Source: Vulcanimicrobiota bacterium
Lineage (GTDB): Bacteria; Vulcanimicrobiota; Vulcanimicrobiia; Vulcanimicrobiales; Vulcanimicrobiaceae
Assembly (NCBI GenBank): GCA_963786105.1
Contig: CAWAXX010000009.1
Span: forward strand, 1-64,000
DNA: 64,000 nt
Reading direction: 5' to 3'
In this document: positions 48,971 to 58,591 of the stretch, piece after piece
Layout of the letters: each line of letters begins with the position of its first letter
How positions within the stretch are numbered: the first letter of the stretch is position 1
Notes under the pieces: generated by a model
Databases searched by the model: none
What the model was told of the DNA's origin: nothing
The model's input: the letters and a program-made list of their open reading frames with translations, nothing else
Position numbers and translations under genes: made by a program

Positions 48971-50332
48971 GTGTATACTCCCCACACGGAGCGCGACGTC
49001 GCGCAGATGCTGAATGCCGTCGGCGTGAGTTCGCTCGAAGAGTTGCTTCGCGTGCCCGACGAGCTCGCGTTGAAGGAAGCCATCGACGTCGTTCCGGCGC
49101 TGCCCGAATATTCGATTGCCCGGCGTTTTGACGATCTCGCCAAGAAGAACGCCGGTGCGAGCTTTCGCTCGTTCCTCGGCGCGGGTGCGTACAGCCACTA
49201 CGTGCCGCCGGCGATCGGGGCGCTGGCCATGCGCGGCGAGTTTCTCACCGCCTATACGCCGTATCAAGCCGAAGTTTCGCAAGGGTATCTTCAGGCGATT
49301 TACGAGTGGCAAACCTACATCTGTCTGTTGACCGGGATGGATATCGCCAACGCCTCGGTTTACGATGGCGCGACGGCGCTGGCCGAAGGGGCGATCATGA
49401 CGCTCAACGCGACTGGCCGCCGAAGGATTCTCGTGTCGCGCGCCGTTCATCCCAACTACCGGGCGGTCCTGAACACGTATTGCGACGGGCTCGATGTCGA
49501 GATCGACGAGATCGCCTATACGGCCGAGGGCGTCACCGACCCCGAGGCCGTGCGTCAGGCCGTTGCTGGAAAGGACTACGCGGCGGTAGTAGTGCAGTCG
49601 CCGAACTTTTTCGGCAGCATCGACGTGCTGCCCGGCGACGCGATCGACGCGATTAACGACAGCGAAACGATCGCGATCGCGGTAGTGGCCGAGGCGCTCG
49701 CGCTGGCCGCATTGGCGACGCCCGCATCGTCGGGCGCGCAGATCGTCGTCGGCGAAGCGCAGAGCTTCGGCGTTCCGGTTGCCTACGGCGGCCCGTACGC
49801 GGGTTTTATCGCGTCGACGCAAGAGCACCTGCGGCGCATTCCCGGACGTTTGGTCGGCAAGAGCGTCGACAATGCCGGCCGCACGGCGTACGTGCTGACG
49901 CTGCAAGCGCGCGAGCAGCACATTCGACGCGAGCGCGCGACCTCGAACATTTGTACCAATCAAGCCCACTGTGCCCTGATCGCAACGATCTATCTCGCGC
50001 TCATGGGCAAGACGGGCTTGCGCGATGCGGCCGCGCTCAACTTCGAACGCTCGCGACAACTGGCGACGGCAGTGTCGGAGGTCGAAGGCGTCGATCTCAA
50101 GTTTGCTACGCCGTTCTTCAACGAGTTCGTCGTCGACGTGCACGAAGACGCCGCCGGCGTTCTGGCGGCGCTGGAAGAACGCGGCATCCTCGGCGGTCTC
50201 GCTCTCGGTCGTTTCTATCCCGAACTTACCACCTGCGTGTTGATGACGGCTACCGAGCTCACGACCACGGCCGACATCGACGCGCTGGCGTCCGCTCTCG
50301 CGGAGGTGAACCGTGTCCGCACCGCCGTTTGA
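48971..50332 (+). CDS. gcvPA: Glycine dehydrogenase subunit 1
   Basis: TAYTPYQAEVSQG, QAREQHIRRERATSNICTN. Confidence 0.95.
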   Translation: MYTPHTERDVAQMLNAVGVSSLEELLRVPDELALKEAIDVVPALPEYSIARRFDDLAKKNAGASFRSFLGAGAYSHYVPPAIGALAMRGEFLTAYTPYQAEVSQGYLQAIYEWQTYICLLTGMDIANASVYDGATALAEGAIMTLNATGRRRILVSRAVHPNYRAVLNTYCDGLDVEIDEIAYTAEGVTDPEAVRQAVAGKDYAAVVVQSPNFFGSIDVLPGDAIDAINDSETIAIAVVAEALALAALATPASSGAQIVVGEAQSFGVPVAYGGPYAGFIASTQEHLRRIPGRLVGKSVDNAGRTAYVLTLQAREQHIRRERATSNICTNQAHCALIATIYLALMGKTGLRDAAALNFERSRQLATAVSEVEGVDLKFATPFFNEFVVDVHEDAAGVLAALEERGILGGLALGRFYPELTTCVLMTATELTTTADIDALASALAEVNRVRTAV

Positions 50333-51815
50333 TCGCACGGCGTCGCCGTTGATTTTCGACCACGGTCAAGAAGGGCGTGCCAACCGGTATCTCGATGAAG
50401 GGAAGCCGCTTGATCGATTCGTTCCGGCAACGCTGCTGCGCGACGAACTGCCGCTTCCGGACAACAGCGAGCTCGACGTCGTGCGTCACTACACTCGACT
50501 CTCGCAGCGCACGTTCGGCATCGATCTGGGGTTCTATCCGCTCGGCTCGTGCACGATGAAATACAATCCGCGCATCAACGACGCGATGGCGGGGAAGCCC
50601 GAGTTTGCCGGCTTGCATCCGTTCGTGCCCGACGCGCTCGCGCAGGGCGCGTTGCAAGTGATGTACGAGTTGGAGCGCAGCTTGAGTTCGCTGTTCGGCA
50701 TGGCCGCGTTTTCGCTCAACCCCGCCGCCGGCGCGCATGCCGAGCTTGGGGCGTTGTTGATCGCCAAGCGGTATTTCAAAGAACGCGGCGAGACGCAGCG
50801 CGACAAGGTCATCGTTCCCGACACCGCGCACGGCACCAATCCGGCGTCGGCGGCGATGTGCGGGTTCAAGGTTATTTCGCTGCCTAGCGACGAGCGAGGA
50901 CGCGTGAGCCTAGACGAGCTCCGCAAAGTGCTGGGTCCGGACACGGCCGTCTGCATGATGACCAACCCCAACACGCTTGGCCTGTTTGAAGATCGGGTCG
51001 CCGACATCACCGCTACCGTGCACGCTGCCGGCGGCCTCATGTACTACGACGGCGCGAACGCCAACGCGCTGATGGGTAACGCGCGCCCGGGCGACATGGG
51101 GTTCGACTTGATGCATCTCAACACGCACAAGACGTTCACCATTCCGCACGGCGGCGGCGGTGCAGGCCACGGTCCGCTCGGCGTCGCCAAGCATCTGGTA
51201 GAGTACTTACCGACGCCGGTCGTCGTTGCCGTGCCGAATGCGGACGCGAAGAGCGGCACGCTGCCGAGCGATCGGCTATCCTTCAGACTCGATTTCGACC
51301 GGCCGAAGTCGATCGGCCCGATGCGTTCGTTCTGGTCGAACTTCGCGCACGCCGTGCGAGCGCTAGCCTACATTTACGCAAACGGCGCCGACGGTTTGAA
51401 GCGCGTGTCGCAGCTGGCCGTGCTCAATGCCAATTACTTGCGCGTCAAAATCGCCGAGTTCTTGGAAACGCCGTACCCGGAGATTTGCCGTCACGAGTTC
51501 GTCGTATCCGCGCAAAGCCTGAAGAAGAAAACCGGCGTGCGTGCGCTCGATATCGCCAAAGCGCTGCTCGACCGCGGTTTCATGGCGCCGACGATGTACT
51601 TTCCGCTGATCGTTCCCGAGTGTTTGATGATCGAGCCCACCGAAACAGAGTCGAAAGAGACGCTCGATTCGTTCGTTGAGGCGCTGCACGACATCGTCGC
51701 GACGGCGACGTCGAATCCGGCGGAGTTGTTCGAGGCGCCGGTTACGACGGTCGTCGGACGCGTCGACGAAACGCGGGCGGCGCGTCATCCCGACCTTCGC
51801 TGGAAGCCCGCCTAG
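50313..51815 (+). CDS. gcvPB: Glycine dehydrogenase subunit 2
   Basis: PLGSCTMKYNP, HLNTHKTFTIPHGGGG, MIEPTETES. Confidence 0.95.
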   Translation: MSAPPFDRTASPLIFDHGQEGRANRYLDEGKPLDRFVPATLLRDELPLPDNSELDVVRHYTRLSQRTFGIDLGFYPLGSCTMKYNPRINDAMAGKPEFAGLHPFVPDALAQGALQVMYELERSLSSLFGMAAFSLNPAAGAHAELGALLIAKRYFKERGETQRDKVIVPDTAHGTNPASAAMCGFKVISLPSDERGRVSLDELRKVLGPDTAVCMMTNPNTLGLFEDRVADITATVHAAGGLMYYDGANANALMGNARPGDMGFDLMHLNTHKTFTIPHGGGGAGHGPLGVAKHLVEYLPTPVVVAVPNADAKSGTLPSDRLSFRLDFDRPKSIGPMRSFWSNFAHAVRALAYIYANGADGLKRVSQLAVLNANYLRVKIAEFLETPYPEICRHEFVVSAQSLKKKTGVRALDIAKALLDRGFMAPTMYFPLIVPECLMIEPTETESKETLDSFVEALHDIVATATSNPAELFEAPVTTVVGRVDETRAARHPDLRWKPA

Positions 51816-51854
51816 CGAAGCTCGGTCGCCGGAAGGAGCCCCGTTCGCCTTCCC

Positions 51855-51881
51855 ATAAAAGTGACTTGCGTCAACTTTTAT
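51855..51881. promoter_or_regulatory. Operator-like palindrome
   Basis: ATAAAAG-TGAC-ttgc-GTCA-A-CTTTTAT. Confidence 0.5.
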
Positions 51882-51897
51882 TGAGGGAGAGGGTCGC

Positions 51898-52452
51898 TTG
51901 CTTCAAGATCTGGTTGCCGACCTGCGCCGCGTCCCGCCGCTGGAGCGGGCCACGCGGGACATGGGCCGGATGCTCGCCACGGTAGCGGCGGGGCCGCCGC
52001 CAGTGCCCCGGCTTCCGAGTAAGGCGGGGTCGTACACCCGGACCTGCGCCTACTCGGACGACCGCTTCGAAGTGCTGCTACTGGATTGGTCGCCGGAGGC
52101 GGCATCCGAAATTCACGACCACGGCGGCCAACACTGCTGGTTCGTCGTTCTGCAGGGTCGCTTGCGGGTTGACGATTTCGGCCGCATCGATGCCGGCGAC
52201 GTACCCGGTGAAGCCATGCTCGAAGCGCGCGGTTCGCGGGAGCTTCGCACGGGCGATCTCGATTTACGATCCGGCCGGTACGACATTCACCGCGTCGTTG
52301 CGGGTGCCGAGCGCGCCCTCACCTTGCACGTGTACTCGCGTCCGTTGCACGCATATCTCGTGTACGATCCGCGTACGCAGCGATGCGAACCGGCGCACGG
52401 AACCTACGATCGCATACTCGCGCTCGGCTTCGAGCGTCTCTCAACGCGATGA
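51898..52452 (+). CDS. Cysteine dioxygenase family cupin
   Basis: YTR, W...SEIHDHG, IHRV, LHVYS. Confidence 0.85.
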   Translation: MLQDLVADLRRVPPLERATRDMGRMLATVAAGPPPVPRLPSKAGSYTRTCAYSDDRFEVLLLDWSPEAASEIHDHGGQHCWFVVLQGRLRVDDFGRIDAGDVPGEAMLEARGSRELRTGDLDLRSGRYDIHRVVAGAERALTLHVYSRPLHAYLVYDPRTQRCEPAHGTYDRILALGFERLSTR

Positions 52453-53870
52453 TTCGATGCGACGTCGCCGTCATCGGCGGGGGATTTAGCGGCTCGCTGG
52501 TTTGCGCTCAACTCGATCGGCGCGGGCCGCCCGACCTATCGGTTTGTTTGTTTGAAGACGGCGAGGCGGGACGCGGAGCCGCCTACGGCGCGCGCCACCG
52601 GGAGCTGCTGCTGAACACGCGTGCCCGGGCGATGTCGGCGTTCCCCGACGATACGAATCACTTCGTGCGCTGGCTCGGTTCGCGCGCGGCACCCGATGAT
52701 TTCGTTTCTCGCCGGTTGTACGGCAAGTACGTCGCGGAAATCGCCCGAGCGGCATTCGAGCGAGCGCGATTTTTAACCGTGAACGATCGAGTCCGCGCAA
52801 TGGAGCGCGACGGCCGAGCATTCGCCTTAACGACGGCTTCAGGAACGCGGTTTTTGGCAAGGGCCGTCGTCCTGGCAACCGGCAACGCGCTGCCGGACGA
52901 CGACTTTTTACCGCGGGCATTGGTCCGGAATCCGGGATACGTCGGGGACCCCTGGCGCTTCAATTATGGCCTCGTCGGCGGCCACGTATTACTCGTCGGC
53001 TCGGGCCTAACCGCGCTCGATGCTTTGGTCGCACTCGAGGCTTGCGGACACCGCGGTTCGGTGCACGTCGTTTCCCGGCACGGTCGTTTCCCCGAAGTTC
53101 ACAGCGAGCGTTTGATACCGCTCGACGTCGTGCCGATGCTCGATGCAAGCGACGCGCGCTCGCTCCTGCGCAGCTTTCGCCGGCAACTGCTTGAAGCAGA
53201 CCGGCGCGGCTTCGATTGGCGCGCCGTCGTCGACGCGGTTCGACCGGAAGCTGAAGCGCTCTGGAAACTCTTGAGCGCGCGCGAACGGCGCCAATTCGAT
53301 CGGCATCTGCGCGCGCACTGGGAGCGTCATCGCCATCGCGCGCCGCAGCAAGTCGACGCCGTACGCGAGCGCTATCGTACACGAGGTCGCCTCTTCGTTC
53401 ACGCGGGCCGGGTGGCTAGTCTCCGGACCGGCCTGGTGCGAATCGCTGCGGCGCGCGGCGAGCCGGTGACGCTGCGACCCGATTGGATCGTCAACTGCAC
53501 CGGTCCCGGTCGTAGACGGCTATTCAAAGACGCGTTGTTCGCGGGCGCGCTGCAAAACGGTCTCCTCGCTCGGGAGCCGCTGGGCTTAGGAATTCGCGTC
53601 GACGCCGACCACGCAGCGATCGCCGCCAACGGCGCACCGGTGCGCGGGCTCTGGGTAGCCGGGCCGCTTGCCCGCGGCTCGCGGTTTGAGGCGACGGCCG
53701 TTCCCGAGCTCCGAGTGATGGCGCAAACCGTTGCGACCAACGCCCTCGAAACGCTCGCGCAAGACGTCCCTGGGGGGACGGCCGCGCAGCGCTACTTCTA
53801 TATGGCGATGCCGGTGGGGGACCTGAGCCATATGTTTGCAGCGCTGCCGGCCCTCGGTTTCCGGTCCTAA
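52449..53870 (+). CDS. FAD/NAD(P)-binding protein
   Basis: IGGGFSG, GAAY, LLNT, LATGN, GSGLTALD, NCTGP, EATAVPELR. Confidence 0.85.
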   Translation: MIRCDVAVIGGGFSGSLVCAQLDRRGPPDLSVCLFEDGEAGRGAAYGARHRELLLNTRARAMSAFPDDTNHFVRWLGSRAAPDDFVSRRLYGKYVAEIARAAFERARFLTVNDRVRAMERDGRAFALTTASGTRFLARAVVLATGNALPDDDFLPRALVRNPGYVGDPWRFNYGLVGGHVLLVGSGLTALDALVALEACGHRGSVHVVSRHGRFPEVHSERLIPLDVVPMLDASDARSLLRSFRRQLLEADRRGFDWRAVVDAVRPEAEALWKLLSARERRQFDRHLRAHWERHRHRAPQQVDAVRERYRTRGRLFVHAGRVASLRTGLVRIAAARGEPVTLRPDWIVNCTGPGRRRLFKDALFAGALQNGLLAREPLGLGIRVDADHAAIAANGAPVRGLWVAGPLARGSRFEATAVPELRVMAQTVATNALETLAQDVPGGTAAQRYFYMAMPVGDLSHMFAALPALGFRS

Positions 53871-53983
53871 AAAGGGCGATCCTCCCGGCAGGCGCCTCTT
53901 GGGCTTGGAGGCTATAATCAAGGTAATGAGGGGGGCTCGACGGCAGCCCCCTTACCCGTCCCCCAAGAGGTTGCTGAAGCGAC

Positions 53984-54466
53984 ATGCGGATCAAGTACGA
54001 GGTGTCGGCCGGCGGATTACTGTTGCGTCCGCGCGACTCGACGTACGATGCTTTGCTGATCGGTCGCGGTACGCCGCCGCGCATTTGGACGCTGCCGAAA
54101 GGACACGTCGAAGCGCGCGAGTCGAACGAGCAAGCGGCGCTTCGCGAAGTCCGCGAAGAGACCGGGTGCTGGGGCGAAATCGTCGCCCGGCTCAACGAGA
54201 TCTCGTATTGGTTTTACGTGGGGAAGACCAAGCATCGCAAAGCGGTCACTTTCTACTTGATGCGCTACCTTTCGGGCGATCCCGCCAATCACGACCACGA
54301 AGTCGACGACGCGCGCTGGTTCGACATGATGCTCACGCGCAAGACGCTCAAGTACGTCAACGAAAAGCGCTTGGTCGATTTGGCCCTGGAGTTTCTCGCC
54401 GCTAATCCCGCCGCGCTTGGCGAGCCGCCGCTGGTAGCCCGGACCGCCGAGCAAAAATCGTCTTGA
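53984..54466 (+). CDS. NUDIX hydrolase
   Basis: LPKGHVEARESNEQAALREVREETG. Confidence 0.9.
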   Translation: MRIKYEVSAGGLLLRPRDSTYDALLIGRGTPPRIWTLPKGHVEARESNEQAALREVREETGCWGEIVARLNEISYWFYVGKTKHRKAVTFYLMRYLSGDPANHDHEVDDARWFDMMLTRKTLKYVNEKRLVDLALEFLAANPAALGEPPLVARTAEQKSS

Positions 54467-55254
54467 CCGCCGTCCCCCGGAGCGGCGAGCTAACGGAGAG
54501 TTCGCCCGACCAGGGGAGCTGTCGCGTGCAGCTCGACGTCTTCGACGGTCCGCTCGATTTGCTGCTGAGCCTAATTAAGGAACAACAGCTCGACATCGCT
54601 ACCGTCGCATTGGCCACCGTGGCGGAGCAGTATCTTGCGTACGTGCGAGCGATGCAGGCACTCGATGTCGAGGTCGCGGCGGAGTATCTGGTCATTGCAG
54701 CGACGCTGGTGTTCCTGAAGTCCCGAGCGTTGTTGCCGCCGATTCCCGACGAGTTCGTCGGCGACGAGTCCGAGACGCCGGAGCAAGTCGAAGAACGCCT
54801 GCGCCGCCGCCTCATCGCGTATTCGAAATATCGTGAACTGGGCGAGCGCCTGCGCGTGCACCAGTTCGAGGCTGCGGGCTACTTCTATCGCGAAGCCGGC
54901 GATCCGAGCAGCCAGGTCGTCCAACGATACGCCATCGATCCCGAGAAGCTCAAACATGCGTTCATCGTCATGTTGTCGCAGGCGCGCCCGGAGAAGCGAT
55001 CCATCGCGCGGGAGCGGGTGTCGCTGATCGCCTCGATGGACTACATCACGCGCCGCGTCAAGGAGTTCGGCGAGGTGACGTTCTCGGGACTCTGCCACGA
55101 ACTGGGGATGACGCGCGAAGTCGTGATCGTGACGTTTCTCGCGATTTTGGAACTCATCCGGCGCCACCGTATCGCGTTTGCGCAGCCCGCGGCCTTCGAC
55201 GACATCCGTCTGTTCGCGATCCGCGCGGACGCGTCGGAACGAGTCGCGCGATGA
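54463..55254 (+). CDS. scpA: Segregation and condensation protein A
   Basis: FDGPLDLLL, KSRALLP, TFLAILEL. Confidence 0.93.
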   Translation: MTAVPRSGELTESSPDQGSCRVQLDVFDGPLDLLLSLIKEQQLDIATVALATVAEQYLAYVRAMQALDVEVAAEYLVIAATLVFLKSRALLPPIPDEFVGDESETPEQVEERLRRRLIAYSKYRELGERLRVHQFEAAGYFYREAGDPSSQVVQRYAIDPEKLKHAFIVMLSQARPEKRSIARERVSLIASMDYITRRVKEFGEVTFSGLCHELGMTREVVIVTFLAILELIRRHRIAFAQPAAFDDIRLFAIRADASERVAR

Positions 55255-55856
55255 GCGACGTCGCGACGTTGACGGAAGACCAGTCTGCCGCCGCGGCGCT
55301 TGAAGAGGCGGTGCTGCGGCTGCAGCGTCCGGTCGAAGCGCTCTTGTTCGTCGCCGGCGAGCCGCTATCGATAAAGCAAATCGCCAAGCTGACGCGAGCG
55401 GCCGAAACCGAGGTCGCCGCGACGCTCGCGCAAATCACTGCGGAGTACGCCGATCGCGGCATCGTGGTCCGCGAGGTGGCCGGCGGATATCGCTTCGCCA
55501 CCTCACCGCTGGCTCGCGATGCCGTAGAGGCCTACTTGTTGCCGCCGAAAACGACGTTATCGACGCCGGCGATGGAAGCTCTGGCGATCGTCGCGCACAT
55601 GCAGCCGGTTACTAAGAGCGAGATCGAAGCCATTCGCGGCGTCAACTCGGATAGCGTGGTCGCTACGCTGCTCGACCGGAACCTCATCGATGAAGCCGGC
55701 CGAAAAGACGTGGTCGGCCGCCCGATGCAATATCGCACCACGCCGTTTTTTTTGGAGTCGTTCGGGTTGCGGTCGCTCGACGATCTCCCGGACATCGAGT
55801 TGGAGCCGGGTCAGCCGCTCGAACTCAAACTCCTCGAAGAGAACGAGTCAACATAG
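55251..55856 (+). CDS. scpB: Segregation and condensation protein B
   Basis: EALLF, QPVTKSEIEAIRGV, GRPMQYRTT..FL..FGL. Confidence 0.94.
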   Translation: MSDVATLTEDQSAAAALEEAVLRLQRPVEALLFVAGEPLSIKQIAKLTRAAETEVAATLAQITAEYADRGIVVREVAGGYRFATSPLARDAVEAYLLPPKTTLSTPAMEALAIVAHMQPVTKSEIEAIRGVNSDSVVATLLDRNLIDEAGRKDVVGRPMQYRTTPFFLESFGLRSLDDLPDIELEPGQPLELKLLEENEST

Positions 55857-55861
55857 CCGCG

Positions 55862-56704
55862 ATGCGCATCGGCCTTCACGTGAAGGTGGCAGGCGGATAC
55901 GCGAAGGCCGTGGAGCACGCGAAGGCCGCCGGGTGCTCCGCGCTGCAAATTTTTTCGTCGAATCCCCGAAGCTATCGCCCGAGTGCGATCGACCTTCCCG
56001 CCCTCGACGCGTTCGCCCGGATGCGCCGCGATGCCGGGCTTGATCCGTGTGCGATTCACACGCCGTATCTGATCAATTTGGCCAGCGACGACCCGAAGAT
56101 TTCCGCCGGGTCGTTGCGATTGCTCGAAGGCGACTTGGCGGTTGCGGCAAGCGGGGGCATGCGCCTGGTGAATACGCATTTGGGGTCGTACGGAACGCGC
56201 GATCGAAAAGAAGGCTTCGCCGCGATCTGCCGCGCGCTCGAAGCGGCTCTGCTCGGCATTGGTGACGGGGTGTTTTTGGTACTCGAAAATTCAGCGGGCG
56301 CGGGAAATCTCGCGGGCGGCACGCTGGAAGAGCTCGGCGCGTTCGTGAAGACGGTCGATCATCCACAACTCGGCGTATGTCTCGATACCGCACACGCCTG
56401 GGCGGCGGGCTACGAAATTAATTCGCAAGCGGGCGTCGACCGGTTCGTCGAACAAGCCGATCGGCAAATAGGTTTGGAAAAGTTGTTGATGTTTCACTTC
56501 AACGATACCGAGGTGCCGCTGGGCGGCAGCCGCGACCGGCACTGGCACATCGGGGAAGGGCAGATCGGTTTCGAAGGTTTCCGCGCACTGCTGGCGCGGC
56601 CCGAGCTTGCCGGAAAGACGGCGATACTCGAAACGCCCGGCGAGATCGCCGACGACGTCAGAAACGTGCAGACGATCCTGTCGATCGCACGTGGCGTGCG
56701 TTGA
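55862..56704 (+). CDS. nfo: Endonuclease IV
   Basis: HTPYLINL, LENSAG, CLDTAH, HFND...DRH. Confidence 0.92.
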   Translation: MRIGLHVKVAGGYAKAVEHAKAAGCSALQIFSSNPRSYRPSAIDLPALDAFARMRRDAGLDPCAIHTPYLINLASDDPKISAGSLRLLEGDLAVAASGGMRLVNTHLGSYGTRDRKEGFAAICRALEAALLGIGDGVFLVLENSAGAGNLAGGTLEELGAFVKTVDHPQLGVCLDTAHAWAAGYEINSQAGVDRFVEQADRQIGLEKLLMFHFNDTEVPLGGSRDRHWHIGEGQIGFEGFRALLARPELAGKTAILETPGEIADDVRNVQTILSIARGVR

Positions 56705-56710
56705 CGCCGG

Positions 56711-56848
56711 CTAGCTGACGCGCAGGTGCGGTAAGCGCAGGTCGGAGACCGCGAACAATGCCGAGTCGGCGCGTTGCACTTTCAACCGCAACGTCACGTC
56801 GGAGATGTCTTGGATGAAGGGAGTGGTGCGAATTGGGTCGTGGAACAT
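56711..56848 (-). CDS. Small 45-aa hypothetical protein
   Basis: MFHDPIRTTPFIQDISDVTLRLKVQRADSALFAVSDLRLPHLRVS; SD AAGAGG, upstream TTGACA-17-TATTAT. Confidence 0.55.
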   Translation of the reverse strand: MFHDPIRTTPFIQDISDVTLRLKVQRADSALFAVSDLRLPHLRVS

Positions 56849-56869
56849 GTTTGCCTCTTGACGACGAAG

Positions 56870-56910
56870 TAACCTGCTATCATAATACAGTGGTTATGGT
56901 AACTTGTCAA
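56870..56910 (-). promoter_or_regulatory. Sigma70 promoter overlapped by a TAACC...GGTTA palindrome
   Basis: Minus-strand TTGACA (56910-56905) and TATTAT (56887-56882); inverted repeat at 56870-56896. Confidence 0.6.
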
Positions 56911-56939
56911 CTAATTTTGGTGGTGTTAAACTTACGCTG

Positions 56940-57488
56940 ATGGCCGACCCCTTTTCCGACCGGGCCCCCGAGCCGCTCGATCTGCTCAGAACCTTTGTGA
57001 ACACGCTGGACTATCCGGTGGGGCCGGACGTGCTAAGTACGCCCGAAGCGGCTTCGCAGTGGTGCCGCGACCACGGCTTGCCCCCAGTCTCGAACCAGCG
57101 CGAACTGGAACGGTTGCGCGGTTTTCGCGAGGCGCTCCGCGAGCTGTTGTTCGCCAATAACGGAGAGAGCGATCCTCAGCTTGCCTGGCAAGGCATGCAA
57201 CCGTACTTCGAGGCCGCCCGGTTTGGAATCGCCCTGCGTCCCGGACCGCGCCCGGCCCTCGAGCCCTCCGGCGCGGGGGCCGCGCGTGCCGTCGCGATCA
57301 TGCTGGCGATTGCGTACGACGCCATCTCCGCGGGCACGTGGCCGCGGCTGCGCGCTTGCAAAAAGAGCACCTGCCGTTTCGCGTACTACGACCGCTCGAA
57401 AAATGGATCGCGCGCGTGGTGCAGCATGGCGGTATGCGGCAATCGCGAAAAAGCGCAACGCCGCCGCTCGCGCGAGCGACCCATGTGA
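56940..57488 (+). CDS. ABATE/CGNR zinc-finger protein
   Basis: FVNT, RLRAC...C...YYDRSKNGSRAWCSMAVCGNREK. Confidence 0.9.
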   Translation: MADPFSDRAPEPLDLLRTFVNTLDYPVGPDVLSTPEAASQWCRDHGLPPVSNQRELERLRGFREALRELLFANNGESDPQLAWQGMQPYFEAARFGIALRPGPRPALEPSGAGAARAVAIMLAIAYDAISAGTWPRLRACKKSTCRFAYYDRSKNGSRAWCSMAVCGNREKAQRRRSRERPM

Positions 57489-58546
57489 TCGGGCGTTTCG
57501 TCGCGCATTTCGATGTCGACGCCTTCTACGCAAGCGTGGCGGTCCGCGACGACCCGAACCTGCGCGGCAAGCCGGTAGCCATCGCCGGACGCAGCCGGCG
57601 CGCGGTCGTGCTGACCGCTTCGTACGAAGCACGCCCCTTCGGCGTGCGCTCGGCGATGCCGCTCTATCAGGCGAGGATGGCCTGTCCCAACCTCGTCGTG
57701 GTTCCGCCGGACATGGCAAAATATAAAGCCGTTTCGCGCGAGATCTTTGCCGTCTTCGGCGCGCGCGGCCATGCCGTTGAAGGACTTTCGATGGACGAGG
57801 CCTTCGTCGACGCCGGCGATGCTGATTTCGATGCCGCATGCACGCTAGCGGCGAGCATTCGCCGCGACGTCGAAGATGCGACCGGGCTGACCGTCAGCGC
57901 CGGCGTCGCGACCGGTAAAATGATTGCGAAGATCGCGTCCGATTCGTGCAAGCCGAACGGTCTGCTCGCGATCGCACCGGGCGACGAAGAAACGTTTCTC
58001 GCGCCCTTGCCGGTCGGCCGGTTGTGGGGCGTCGGGCCGAAAACGCAGCGGCGTTTGACGGCTTTCGGGATTCAAACGGTCGGCGAGCTGGCCGCGCTCG
58101 GCGAAACGCCGTTGCGCGAACTCTTTGGAGGGTGGGGAATTCAGGTTCGCGAGCTTGCGCGCGGGCGCGACGCCCGCCGGGTTGAGCCGGAACGCGAAAC
58201 CAAGTCGATCTCAACCGAGGAAACGTTCGAATACGACGTGCGCGACGAGCGCGAGCTGGTCGCCGTCTTGCGCGCTCAGTCGATCGAACTCGCCGAAACG
58301 CTCGCGCGCGAGAACGCCGGCGCGCGCACCGTCGGCATCAAGATCAAGCGTGCCGACTTCACGACTCTGGGGCGCCAAACGCATCTCGTCGAGCCGACGC
58401 GCGCCGCAGGTGCCATCTTCCGAGCCGCCGTCACCTGTCTGCGACGCGCGCAGCTTAACGGCGCACCCGTGCGCCTGCTCGGAACGCGCGTCGCTTCGCT
58501 GGTCGACGGCGAGCCCTTGCAGATCGGATTGTTTTCGCGGCGCTAG
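57485..58546 (+). CDS. dinB: DNA polymerase IV
   Basis: HFDVDAFYASV, SYEARPFGVRSAM, SMDEAF, KPNG, LWGVG. Confidence 0.94.
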   Translation: MIGRFVAHFDVDAFYASVAVRDDPNLRGKPVAIAGRSRRAVVLTASYEARPFGVRSAMPLYQARMACPNLVVVPPDMAKYKAVSREIFAVFGARGHAVEGLSMDEAFVDAGDADFDAACTLAASIRRDVEDATGLTVSAGVATGKMIAKIASDSCKPNGLLAIAPGDEETFLAPLPVGRLWGVGPKTQRRLTAFGIQTVGELAALGETPLRELFGGWGIQVRELARGRDARRVEPERETKSISTEETFEYDVRDERELVAVLRAQSIELAETLARENAGARTVGIKIKRADFTTLGRQTHLVEPTRAAGAIFRAAVTCLRRAQLNGAPVRLLGTRVASLVDGEPLQIGLFSRR

Positions 58547-58591
58547 CGCTTGCGCGAAACACCTGAGCAACCCGGTGGTAGGGTCCAGTGA

